A stretch of 30,924 bases of DNA from a virus (taxonomy: Duplodnaviria; Caudoviricetes): the IMG/VR virus record IMGVR_UViG_3300021560_000055, positions 1-30,924 of that record; one strand, written 5' to 3'. Positions 8,190 through 17,255 of this stretch are shown piece after piece. Position numbers and translations under genes: made by a program. Under the pieces are notes generated by a model, which was not told the DNA's origin, made no database searches, and saw nothing but the letters and a program-made list of their open reading frames with translations. Numbering within the stretch: the first letter of the stretch is position 1; every line of letters starts with the position of its first letter.

Positions 8190-8539
8190 CAGACTCCCGG
8201 ATTGTCCTTCGCCTGGGCGGGCCGGGAGTACACCAGCGACTTCAAGGGCACCTCGGCCGGGTTCTTCCCCGTCGGACCGTACGTGCCCTGGCCTTTCAGA
8301 TCTGGGCGCGGGCTGCCCTTGCCGAGATCGGTCTTGCCGGGGAGCGGCTTCAACTGCGGCGAGCGCATCGGCATCGACTCATTCGCAACATAGCTCTCGG
8401 TCGGCACCTCGCCCGGTCCATGCGCGATGGTGGCGGCATTCTTCGACGGATTGTGATGGCGTTCTTTGTGCGGCACGTTGGCCGCATTGCGGATCGTCGA
8501 TCCGGGGGAATCGGTCCAGAGGGGCGGTTTTAAACCCAT
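8189..8539 (-). CDS. Pro/Lys/Gly-rich low-complexity protein (116 aa)
   Basis: Strong SD AGAAAGGAG. The stop overlaps the ligase ATG (TGATG). Confidence 0.7.
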   Translation of the reverse strand: MGLKPPLWTDSPGSTIRNAANVPHKERHHNPSKNAATIAHGPGEVPTESYVANESMPMRSPQLKPLPGKTDLGKGSPRPDLKGQGTYGPTGKNPAEVPLKSLVYSRPAQAKDNPGV

Positions 8540-8554
8540 GGTGGGTCTCCTTTC

Positions 8555-9076
8555 TTATTTACCCTGTAATAGGGATCGCTCTTTGATCTTGCCTTTCGCC
8601 GCTTTCCGCCGGCTGCCCAGATACCGGTGCGGCACCTTGCCCTTTTGTCCCTTGTGCCACACCTCGGCATCCGGCCTGTCGCGGACTGTCGGATCGAGCG
8701 GGATCCGGGTGTTTTCCATGACACTCCGGATCGTTTTCGTGTAATGCTCCCAATCGACGCCCAACTTGGTGGCGAGGACGCGCTCGATGGCTTCGGCCAT
8801 CATGTGCGCTTCGCGGTACGGGCATTCCAGCATCGCCCCGGGTTCTTCTTCCTCCTCGTGCGCCAGGTCCCAGGCATCGATGGTTTGCTCGGATATGCCC
8901 AGTTTGCGCGCGAATTGTTTTTCGATGAGCTCGTGCATGGCGATGAGAAACTCGTAGTCCGCATTCCCCAGGGAGGTGACGCGGAACTGGATGCAGCCGC
9001 CTTCGGTCCAGTAGTCGCCGCAGGTCTCGTAGCGCTGAAGTTCATGCGGAATCGTCTTCACGTTCACGTTGTACAT
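8555..9076 (-). CDS. Putative metal-binding protein/hydrolase with HExxE motif (173 aa)
   Basis: AGGAG SD. RY.T.GDYW, IAMHELIE and PY..AH..AE..E motifs. Basic C-terminal tail. Confidence 0.65.
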   Translation of the reverse strand: MYNVNVKTIPHELQRYETCGDYWTEGGCIQFRVTSLGNADYEFLIAMHELIEKQFARKLGISEQTIDAWDLAHEEEEEPGAMLECPYREAHMMAEAIERVLATKLGVDWEHYTKTIRSVMENTRIPLDPTVRDRPDAEVWHKGQKGKVPHRYLGSRRKAAKGKIKERSLLQGK

Positions 9077-9085
9077 CCACGTCTC

Positions 9086-12000
9086 CTATTCAAACGTCTT
9101 GGGATTGAGTCCAATTTCCCGGATGAACTCCGACTCCAGATCCTCATCCGTCGTCGCTTCCTTGTACGGCCGGAAGCCCGCCAGTGCCGCAACCGAGAGA
9201 TCCCCTTTGTTCCAAGCGCGGTAGACATCCGCCATTTCCACCCCACCCGGGAACATACTCAGCGGAAACGTCAGGATATCGTGACGGGCCTTCAAACCGG
9301 CCGGCGATTCCTCCGGCGCTTTCAGCGCATTTTGGACCAATTCCAGGCTCGGCGATCCCGTCCAGCCGGCCGGGGAAACGAAGAGCCACTTCGAGACATC
9401 GATGCCCAGGGATTTCATCCCTTCAAAGGCGCCGTAATTCAGCGCCGCCCACAACGCCAAAGCGGGCACGCCCTTTTTTTTATTGTCCAACGCGCCGCGC
9501 ACCAGCTTCCGGGTGAACTCGATATGGTTCATCGGCCACGTCGCATATTGTCCCAGCATGCGCCCCATCCCCGTGCGAAGAATTTGGCCCGGGGTACCGC
9601 CGAATTGGACCTGTTCGGTCGCCGACAGGCCGAACTGGCGGGCGGCCTCTTCCAGAGGAATCGTCGAATCGTTGGCGATACCGGTCAGGCGCGCCCGTTC
9701 CGGCGAGCGAGCAAACCACGCCCCGGTGTTATCCATGAGTTCGGCGCTGGTGATCTTTCCGGCACGCAGTTGGGCAATCTGCTCCAAGGCCTGATCTTTC
9801 TCTCCCAGATAGGTGGCGGCGCGACCGATGTTATGGCCGATCCGGTTGGGGGCGAGCATGCGATCCGTCCATCGGTTGATAAACTCGTAGGCCCGTCCTG
9901 TCGGCACCTCGCCGAGTGCCGCATCTCCCCAGAATTGTCCGGCGGTTCCGCGATGGAAGAGGGCACCAGCGGCATCGGCTTCCGCACGGCCTTCCTTCGT
10001 CATGGTCCGGGCAAACCCCTTCGCCCAGGCCGTGGGTCCAATATTGATCATGCCCATGGTTCCCCAGAACGTATCGCGGACGGCCGGAGCCAAGCGCTCG
10101 CCGAGGCCTCCGACAAACATCAAGTTGCGGACGGCCCCCCAGGCCCCTTTCAGATTGATCTCGGGAATTTGTATGCCGAGTTTCTTGTTGATCTCCAGGC
10201 GGCGAGCGTTGGCCGCGACTTCCCATCGCTTCATGGTTTCGTCGAGGTAGTGCTGCGAAGCATCGGGAATATCCAGAATATGATTCTGATAATTCTGCAT
10301 GTTTTGCCAGGTCGGCGATTTTCGGGGAAACTGCTTCTGGATGTCCCGAAATGCCTGGAGATCCTCCGCGATGGCTTCATTGTAGCCATTCCGCATCACG
10401 GCTTGACTGATATAGCCCACATCCAGGTTGGAATGGCCAAGATGACTCTTCTCGATAGCATCGCGCACCCATGGATCGCCACCGATGCCGGAGAGGTTGC
10501 CACTCCGTTCGCGCACTTGCCGTATGGTCTTCAACGTTCGTTTGAGTCCGCCCTGGAGGTGGGTCTCATCCAACTCCGATAGCAAGCGCGCATTGGCGAG
10601 ATCGCTATCCGAAATCTTGTACGCCGTCGACATCGCACTCCAGTCCGTCTCGGGGCGGGACAAGAGTTCGCCGATGGCTTGCCGCTGACCCGCAGAGAGT
10701 CCTTGGATAATGCGATTGCGTTCGACTTGCTGGCGATCCATGGCCAGCTTGGCATCGCGTGCCGTCATTTCCAGCTGCCGCCATGGCAAGTAGGGCCGGA
10801 TCGCGCTTCCTTGTTTCACCAAGTCTTCTTCCAGGCGGGCGGCGTAATCCATTGCCGGCGCGGTCAGCGTGGCAAAGGTGCCTAAGCCCATGGGAATATC
10901 CAACGGTTCTGGCGTCGCACTGCCTTGAATAGGCTCCATTCCCGAAGGTGCCAGGGATCCAGGGTTTCCGGAGAAGTACGCGTCATGGGCCATATCGGGA
11001 GAGAGGTCCGAGACGTCCGCCCGATGGAGATGATTCCAGACATCCTCGATATTGTTGTGGATGATGTCTCGGCCTTCCCCATCCCGCATGACCCATCCCG
11101 CGATCTCCGGGTCGTACCAGGTGGTATAACCCATCATTTGGCCGTCGGCTAAAGCTTGAGCGACGTCCGCGGAGGTGCGTCGCACCAGATCGGTCAGGCG
11201 GCGTTGGAAGGCCCGGATGGGCGCGGTCTGCTCCATGCCGAGCGTTTCCGTATACGTCCGGCCCGCAACGGTATTGACGAAGGCTTTGACGTGATCTTCC
11301 GAGGTATCCCATCCCGCGAGTTCTTCGAGAGCCGCGCGATCCCCGAGGCGGATGGCGGTCCCCGCCGCCGCCAGGGCCTCATTCGCCATCGCGCTACGGG
11401 AGAACCCGCGATAGGCGGGGGATGCGCCCCGAAGGCCTTCGATGATCCCGTTTGCTGTTTCTTCATGGCCTTTCATCAATCGTGGCACTTGCTTATCCAG
11501 ATCCGCATGAGAAAAGCCATCGTGCAAGTTCTCATGGACGATCTGCTTCTCCGTCGCATCCGCCGCGAGAATCCGTACGGGTCCTTCCGGAGTCCGGATC
11601 TGTGCCCCGCCAAATCCGAGTTCTTCCGAAGGCAGATCCAGCCATTTCGTTGTGCCGACGGGACGGGTGCGCAGTTGCCCCGTCAATTCGTCCACATCGA
11701 TTTCGTGCGCTTCCGCTCCGGGAAGGGCTTGACGGAATCCCGGCAGCCGGCTTTCGATGTCGTAGCCTTCCGGCGGGCGTTCTCCGATGACCGCGCCAAA
11801 GCGTTCCCCGCGTCCTTTGTAGTCGTTCAAAATCTTGGTTGCCGATTCCGGTTCCACTTTTCCGATATTGCGCTCGAAGTACCGCAAGGCCAACTGGCCG
11901 GCCTGTTCGCGGGTGATTCCATAGTCCGTGGCGGCATCGCCCAGCAAGCTATGAAGCCGGCGATGAACCGGGTCGGGAGACTCCGTCAAGTTGATCTCGT

Positions 12001-13195
12001 TGCGGACACGTCCGGCCTCCATCATGGTCTTCGAGATGTCATCCGGCAGTTGTTGCTCGGGAACCGTCGGCCCCCGCGTCGCCGCTTTGGCCAGTTCGCG
12101 TGCCCGCTGGGACTTGAGCCACGGTGCTTCCGGCCCAACCGCGATGGTCGTGTCATCGACGACCCTGCCGCCGAGACCCAGCCGGTTCAGTTCCTTCGCC
12201 ACCTCCCCGCTGCGGCCCTCCGGCACCTTCATGCGGAAGGTTTGCTCTTCGGCTTCGGCCTTATCCGCGTAATGCCGCATGAATTCGACCATCCGTGCTT
12301 GAGAATTCGGATGGTAAAAGACGTTGCCGATCTCGCCGCCGTTTTGGAGCGCGGCATCCACTTTCGCGAGAATGTCCTCGCGATTCGCACGAGTGACGGT
12401 ATGGACGGTCGGCTTGCCTTCCGCATCTTTCACCACCACCCGCAGACCGCCCGTCCCTGGCGTGGCGATCGCTGGACCGGTTGTGATCCCGTGGGCTTTG
12501 GCCGCTTTCACTTCGGCCGCCTTCACTTCGGCAGCGACGTGGCCCATGGTCGGGAGATCCGGACGTCCCGGTACGTTGATCGGCGTTTCCGCTGCGGTCT
12601 TGCTCTTCTCCGCATCATCGAGGGCCTTGGTCGCTTCCTTTTCCGACCATCCGAAGACGGCCCCGATACCCAACTCGGTAACCGCACCGAACGCCGCGCC
12701 CTTGAGCCCTGCCGCCACGCGGTCCCCTTCCTTCGCTTTCAAAGCGTCGTAGGCCCCGAACGCCAAACCGCCGCTTGCAATTTTACCGACGATATTTGCC
12801 GCAGGTCCGGCACCCATCAACGTCTTCGCCAATCCCCCCGTCAATGGCCCGGCCACTGCCGTCAGGGCCGCGATTTCGGCACCTTGGATGATGAACTCGC
12901 CGATCTTGCCGCCGATCTGTTCGCCGATGTCTCCCGCCCGATCGGTCCAGGGCCGTTCGGTCCGCCGCATGAAGTCGTCAAACGTGGCTTGGGTGTTTCG
13001 GGGATCGCGGATCTTCGGTCGCACGCGGCTGTTGAAAAATTGCATCCGCGCGTTATTCCGGTCCATGTCGGAAGTTCCGCGCGGAAACTGGGCATCGATC
13101 CGATTCCATTCTTCAGCGATCTCATCTTTGGGAGTGCGTGAGAGATCCGATGGAGGGAGACCTTCGGTAAGTGACTCTTCCCGTGCGGCCATCAT
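9086..13195 (-). CDS. Large internal virion/DNA ejection protein (1369 aa) with embedded zincin-like HExxH domain
   Basis: Size, Ala/Gly-rich hydrophobic stretches and position as last of three ejection genes. IVHENLH...NEALA motif. Confidence 0.7.
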   Translation of the reverse strand: MMAAREESLTEGLPPSDLSRTPKDEIAEEWNRIDAQFPRGTSDMDRNNARMQFFNSRVRPKIRDPRNTQATFDDFMRRTERPWTDRAGDIGEQIGGKIGEFIIQGAEIAALTAVAGPLTGGLAKTLMGAGPAANIVGKIASGGLAFGAYDALKAKEGDRVAAGLKGAAFGAVTELGIGAVFGWSEKEATKALDDAEKSKTAAETPINVPGRPDLPTMGHVAAEVKAAEVKAAKAHGITTGPAIATPGTGGLRVVVKDAEGKPTVHTVTRANREDILAKVDAALQNGGEIGNVFYHPNSQARMVEFMRHYADKAEAEEQTFRMKVPEGRSGEVAKELNRLGLGGRVVDDTTIAVGPEAPWLKSQRARELAKAATRGPTVPEQQLPDDISKTMMEAGRVRNEINLTESPDPVHRRLHSLLGDAATDYGITREQAGQLALRYFERNIGKVEPESATKILNDYKGRGERFGAVIGERPPEGYDIESRLPGFRQALPGAEAHEIDVDELTGQLRTRPVGTTKWLDLPSEELGFGGAQIRTPEGPVRILAADATEKQIVHENLHDGFSHADLDKQVPRLMKGHEETANGIIEGLRGASPAYRGFSRSAMANEALAAAGTAIRLGDRAALEELAGWDTSEDHVKAFVNTVAGRTYTETLGMEQTAPIRAFQRRLTDLVRRTSADVAQALADGQMMGYTTWYDPEIAGWVMRDGEGRDIIHNNIEDVWNHLHRADVSDLSPDMAHDAYFSGNPGSLAPSGMEPIQGSATPEPLDIPMGLGTFATLTAPAMDYAARLEEDLVKQGSAIRPYLPWRQLEMTARDAKLAMDRQQVERNRIIQGLSAGQRQAIGELLSRPETDWSAMSTAYKISDSDLANARLLSELDETHLQGGLKRTLKTIRQVRERSGNLSGIGGDPWVRDAIEKSHLGHSNLDVGYISQAVMRNGYNEAIAEDLQAFRDIQKQFPRKSPTWQNMQNYQNHILDIPDASQHYLDETMKRWEVAANARRLEINKKLGIQIPEINLKGAWGAVRNLMFVGGLGERLAPAVRDTFWGTMGMINIGPTAWAKGFARTMTKEGRAEADAAGALFHRGTAGQFWGDAALGEVPTGRAYEFINRWTDRMLAPNRIGHNIGRAATYLGEKDQALEQIAQLRAGKITSAELMDNTGAWFARSPERARLTGIANDSTIPLEEAARQFGLSATEQVQFGGTPGQILRTGMGRMLGQYATWPMNHIEFTRKLVRGALDNKKKGVPALALWAALNYGAFEGMKSLGIDVSKWLFVSPAGWTGSPSLELVQNALKAPEESPAGLKARHDILTFPLSMFPGGVEMADVYRAWNKGDLSVAALAGFRPYKEATTDEDLESEFIREIGLNPKTFE

Positions 13196-14596
13196 CTACG
13201 GCCCAAACGGAGGCGGATATTTCGGCCCTTGCCGCATCGCCTTGAGTTGTTCCGGCGTCAGTGGAGGTTGTCCGGGGTGCAGTAATCCATAAACGAACCG
13301 TTCTGCGGTTTCTTGCCCACTTTCCAGAAACTCACCGGCACCCTTGCCCATTCGACCCACTGCGGGCAGAACGGCCCCGCCCATTTCTTCCGGGGTCGGC
13401 TGTCTCGGCTGAAGGTTGGTCACCAGTTCCGAACGGGGACCCACGCTGGGAAAGTTAAAACCGCGCTCCTCGAGCCGGCCCAGCCAATCTTTGTTGTCTT
13501 TCGGCGTGCCGCCGAAGGCCTTCGCCATCTCGACCTCGATCCGGCGCATCAAGTCTTCATCCGGCTTACGGCCCGCCAATTTCTCGTTCCTCAAGGTTTC
13601 CATCATGTCCAAGAGGTCTTTGTATTCATAAGTCATCCCCTTGTCCTTCAGCGCCTTCGCCTGGGCCAAGAGCAGTTCCTTCTTGGCGTCGTGTTCCTGC
13701 ACTTCAATGTCGGTCAGCTTCCCGGTCGCTTCCGCCCTCTTCCATTCCGCCTGCGCCCGCAGCGTGTCGGCCGCGGCCTGCGCCGCTTTGAGCGTCATCT
13801 CATTGAATTCCGGAAGTGTCGTCAATCCCGGCACCCGCTGACCCGCCATGGCCGCATCGATCTCGGCCTGATTCGGATTGCGCGGTTTCTTGGTCTGGGG
13901 ATCCACGATCACCATGTTCGATAAATCCAGCGCGTACTTCGTTCGAGTGCTTTGGAGGGTGAGCCGGTGAGCCTCATCCGCATCTTTTTTCGCTTGGAGG
14001 GCTTCGGCGCTGGTTAGTCCGAGCCGCTCCATTGTGGCCGCATCCAACTTATGGAATATCCCCACATTGAGAGCGTCACCCATGCGCTGACTTTTACGTG
14101 CGTCTGGGGTTCCCGTGTAGTCGTCCTCCCGAAGCCGTTTCAACGACAGATTGACGTCGGCTTCCTGTTTCTGGTGCTCCCTGGCTAAATCGAGTTGCTG
14201 CTGCCTGAGCGCCGTAGCCACCCTTGTGCTTTCCGTCCCGGCCTTGGCCTCGTCCAATTGCGCCGCACTTAGGTCTGTTTGCTGCTTTTCTCTGGTGCGC
14301 GCGGCTTCGGCCAAACCGGCGAACGCGCTTTGAACCTGACTGGGTTGTCCCGCCGGTCCCTGGCTCAGCATCGCCCCGCCAAAACCAGCCCGCTTGGCCA
14401 CCTTATCCACTTCTTTTGGATCCCAAGTAATACGACCTCCCGAGTCGGTGGTCATCTTCACCATCATGTTGAATTGCTGTTGAGCCTGCTGGCGCTCGTT
14501 CTCCCGCGCCCGCTGGAGGTGCTCGGCGAAATCCATGAGCGGGTTCGATGTCGCCGACGGCCCAATCGTGACGCCCGAGATTTCGGAAACCGGCAT
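13196..14596 (-). CDS. Middle ejection (DNA transfer) protein, helical (466 aa)
   Basis: GGAGGAG SD. Gln/Ala/Glu-rich coiled coils. Occupies the P22 gp20 position. Confidence 0.6.
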   Translation of the reverse strand: MPVSEISGVTIGPSATSNPLMDFAEHLQRARENERQQAQQQFNMMVKMTTDSGGRITWDPKEVDKVAKRAGFGGAMLSQGPAGQPSQVQSAFAGLAEAARTREKQQTDLSAAQLDEAKAGTESTRVATALRQQQLDLAREHQKQEADVNLSLKRLREDDYTGTPDARKSQRMGDALNVGIFHKLDAATMERLGLTSAEALQAKKDADEAHRLTLQSTRTKYALDLSNMVIVDPQTKKPRNPNQAEIDAAMAGQRVPGLTTLPEFNEMTLKAAQAAADTLRAQAEWKRAEATGKLTDIEVQEHDAKKELLLAQAKALKDKGMTYEYKDLLDMMETLRNEKLAGRKPDEDLMRRIEVEMAKAFGGTPKDNKDWLGRLEERGFNFPSVGPRSELVTNLQPRQPTPEEMGGAVLPAVGRMGKGAGEFLESGQETAERFVYGLLHPGQPPLTPEQLKAMRQGPKYPPPFGP

Positions 14597-14608
14597 AACT
14601 CCTCCAGA

Positions 14609-15433
14609 TCAAGCGAAGTCCGGAAATTCGGTAAAGTCGCCGCCATCCCCACCGCCATAATCCGGGGGCAGATCCGGCGGTGGGTACATGTAAGGATCAA
14701 CATATCCCGGTGGACCGGGATATCGCGACCCGTAATCCAGATTGACATTGACGTCCGGCGACGGCGGAATCTGGTACGGGGGCTGCGTGGGATCATAAGC
14801 ACCAGGACCCAACGGCGGCGCACTGATCGTCGGCGCAGGCACCGTGCCTCCGCCGAAAGGAGGCGTCCGGGTCGCATTGGGATTGAAGACGCTCCCTGGC
14901 GGGAAAAGCGTCCCAAGATCGAATTTCGGAAATAGCGACGAGAACAAGGAACCCAACCCGCCGAGCAGTCCGGGCTGCTGCGTCACGACACCCGTCTGAC
15001 GGAAGGCCAGCGCCGGGTCGGCCACCAGTTGCGCGCCCGTGGTCGCGGCCCCCATCCGGCGTCCCGCCGCCGCTTCCGACGCGGCCATCGACCATTGGGC
15101 CAGCTGCGCGTTCAGATCTTTCGCCGCCTGCGATTCGTAATCGACACCCGCTTTGAAGAGATCTGATCCGGGGGCCATGCCCCCGCCGAACTTCTCGGCC
15201 ACGTTCGTCGCGCCTTCCTGAATATTCCGCTGTGCCGCGGCCTTGAAGGCGTCAAACGCGGGACCGACATCCGTCGGCAAGCCGGTCGTCGCGGCCTGCG
15301 TCAACGTGTTCAACGCGGCGGTGTTGATGCCCGATTGTTGCAGCGAATTGATGTAGGACTGCTGCAGTCCAGGAAACAAGGGTGCGGGCGCCGGCACCTT
15401 CGTCACCGTCGGCCCGCCGAACAGCGATCCCAT
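14609..15433 (-). CDS. Small ejection/pilot protein (P22 gp7-like position, 274 aa)
   Basis: True start MGSLFGG at 15433 overlaps the GNAT stop (TAATG), with GGGAGG upstream. Ala/Gly/Gln-rich core and Pro/Tyr/Asp-rich tail. Confidence 0.65.
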   Translation of the reverse strand: MGSLFGGPTVTKVPAPAPLFPGLQQSYINSLQQSGINTAALNTLTQAATTGLPTDVGPAFDAFKAAAQRNIQEGATNVAEKFGGGMAPGSDLFKAGVDYESQAAKDLNAQLAQWSMAASEAAAGRRMGAATTGAQLVADPALAFRQTGVVTQQPGLLGGLGSLFSSLFPKFDLGTLFPPGSVFNPNATRTPPFGGGTVPAPTISAPPLGPGAYDPTQPPYQIPPSPDVNVNLDYGSRYPGPPGYVDPYMYPPPDLPPDYGGGDGGDFTEFPDFA

Positions 15434-15924
15434 TATCGGCCTCCCAGCGCGGCAAATTCCTGCCGCAATAATCCGTAAACCAGGACATCGTGATAGCGGC
15501 CTTCGTACAAAAACTGCTGCCGGATATTGCCTTCCCACTTGAACCCCAGACGCACCGCCATCCGCTGCGCCGTCTGGTTGAAGGCGGGCGGATAGGCCGA
15601 GATCCGGTGCAGCTGGTGGGTCTCGAACATCTCGCGGAGAATCGCTCGCGCATAGCGCAGCATGTCCGCCTGGCGCATCGGGGACCAGATGTAGAAATGA
15701 ATTTCCGCCGAAAGCTTCGGGATGATGGATTCCACCAGCACCAGACAGTCCTCGGTCTGGAAACACGCGGTGGCGGCGTTCAGGATGCGGGCGGCGAAGA
15801 CGTCGCCTCGATCGCGCGTGAGATCGTCAAAGCACTGACGCTGCTTCCGCACTTTATCCCACAACGCGATCGCGTCCTCGCGCCCGATCTTTTCGGGATC
15901 GATCTGCTGGATCTCGGCGATCAT
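15433..15924 (-). CDS. GNAT-fold (RimJ/RimL-like) protein of the virion module (P22 gp14/T7 gp13 position)
   Basis: N..A.R.A.RLGFK.EG.IRQ....G.YHD...YGLL motif. Confidence 0.85.
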   Translation of the reverse strand: MIAEIQQIDPEKIGREDAIALWDKVRKQRQCFDDLTRDRGDVFAARILNAATACFQTEDCLVLVESIIPKLSAEIHFYIWSPMRQADMLRYARAILREMFETHQLHRISAYPPAFNQTAQRMAVRLGFKWEGNIRQQFLYEGRYHDVLVYGLLRQEFAALGGR

Positions 15925-15931
15925 CGCCCGG

Positions 15932-15937
15932 ATTATA
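15932..15937 (-). promoter_or_regulatory. Candidate -10 box (TATAAT) for a leaderless GNAT transcript
   Basis: Minus strand reads TATAAT-ccgggcg-ATG. No clear -35. Confidence 0.4.
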
Positions 15938-15941
15938 GCCC

Positions 15942-16178
15942 CTAATGCACGACCGCCACCAAATCCGGATCGCCTCCCGTGCGGTACAGACTGCCGGGAT
16001 TCAGGCCCGCAGCCACCGCCGCCGCATTATTCGCATAGACCGGCAGTCCCTGGATATGGGTCGCATTCACACCGATCACCCGTCCGAGTTCCTGCCACAA
16101 CAGGAGCAAGTCTCGCCGCTGGACGGGCGTCCAGGCTGTCTTGTCCGTGGACAGTTGCGGCAGTCCCGGCACGTTCAC
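15942..16178 (-). CDS. Short virion protein (78 aa) at the tail needle/plug position
   Basis: GTGA overlap with upstream gene. One N-terminal helix plus a C-terminal module shared with the tail fibre at 19200. Confidence 0.65.
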   Translation of the reverse strand: MNVPGLPQLSTDKTAWTPVQRRDLLLLWQELGRVIGVNATHIQGLPVYANNAAAVAAGLNPGSLYRTGGDPDLVAVVH

Positions 16179-17254
16179 GTCTTCTTCACCTCCCCCGCCG
16201 GCACGATCTCCGGATCATAGGAGACCAGAAACAGCGGACCATGCGGCACAAAGCCCAGCCGGATCAGATTGCCCTGCACCACCAGGTCCGCCATCGCGTT
16301 CACGACCGCCTGGGTCGCGGAAGCGGATCCGATCTGGATGGTCTGGAACACAAACTGGTCGGTCGTGGCGCCGAGGATGGTCGAATAGCGGTTGGCCTGA
16401 GCGGACACGTCCAGGGTGGCCGGGCCGATATCTTCGAACTGCACGAGCACCCGTTGCAGGGTAGCCTCCATGCCCTGCTGAGGCTGGATCAGTTTCTGCG
16501 CGAAGGCGTTGGCTTCGCAATTGAAGTTGGTGGCCTGGAACTGGCGCAGGATCGACCCGAATGCCGTGAAGCCGTTTTCCAAACCGCCGACCACGACATA
16601 GGCGGGATTGATCGCCTGCCCCGTCCCCGCCAGCGCGATCAGGGTCGGCGAGGTGGGGGCATTCGACGTGATCGAGATGCCGTTCGCGGCCGACACAAAG
16701 CCGCGTCCGGCGGGCGTAAACACCGCGCCAAACGTCAGCGTCTGACCGGCGGTGAGCGTGGTGGGTCCTCCCGGCAGGCCACTTCCGGAAAACGGCGCCT
16801 GAAAGACCGGGATCTGCACAACGAGACTGGCGGTGCCGGTATTGGTCACGACGAACGTCTGGGAAGCCGATGGGACACCCACTTTCGTCGAGGGAAAGGT
16901 CCAGCTCGAGGGATTCACGGAAATCTGCGGCGTGCCGGGACCGACGGAAGTGCCGGTGACCGGAATCACGACCGGCGCATTATCCATATCCCCGAAAATG
17001 GTGATGGTTCCCGAGGACGGTCCCAGCGTGGCGCTCGCCGTGTAGTTGATCTGGAAGAAGGCCGTCTGCTGGGGCTGGATGCTTCCGGGACCACCGCCGG
17101 CCAGGACAAAATCGGAATTGCTGGAATTCACCGTGCCGATATTCAGGTTCGTCGTCGTCGACGTGTTGAATAACGACAAGGTCAACGCGACGGTCGTGCC
17201 CGTCGTGACATTTCCGAAGCTCAGACTGGTCGGGGTGACTTGGAGAATCGCCAT
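16175..17254 (-). CDS. Virion protein with two ASH/choice-of-anchor-D Ig-like domains and a C-terminal beta-sandwich
   Basis: Two repeats of (L/I).V.P.S..F.....G......(L/V).NT. The C-terminal ~130 aa are beta-rich. Confidence 0.75.
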   Translation of the reverse strand: MAILQVTPTSLSFGNVTTGTTVALTLSLFNTSTTTNLNIGTVNSSNSDFVLAGGGPGSIQPQQTAFFQINYTASATLGPSSGTITIFGDMDNAPVVIPVTGTSVGPGTPQISVNPSSWTFPSTKVGVPSASQTFVVTNTGTASLVVQIPVFQAPFSGSGLPGGPTTLTAGQTLTFGAVFTPAGRGFVSAANGISITSNAPTSPTLIALAGTGQAINPAYVVVGGLENGFTAFGSILRQFQATNFNCEANAFAQKLIQPQQGMEATLQRVLVQFEDIGPATLDVSAQANRYSTILGATTDQFVFQTIQIGSASATQAVVNAMADLVVQGNLIRLGFVPHGPLFLVSYDPEIVPAGEVKKT

Positions 17255-17255
17255 G

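Noticed and set aside
8627-13141. Long + strand ORFs 8627-10582 (651 aa) and 11156-13141 (661 aa)
   Set aside because: Antisense shadows of the 1369-aa gene caused by GC-rich codon bias. They have no motifs or start signals.
15434-15766. N-terminal 111 aa of the 385-aa ORF 14609-15766
   Set aside because: Off-frame overlap with the GNAT gene. MGSLFGG at 15433 has an SD and a stop-start overlap.
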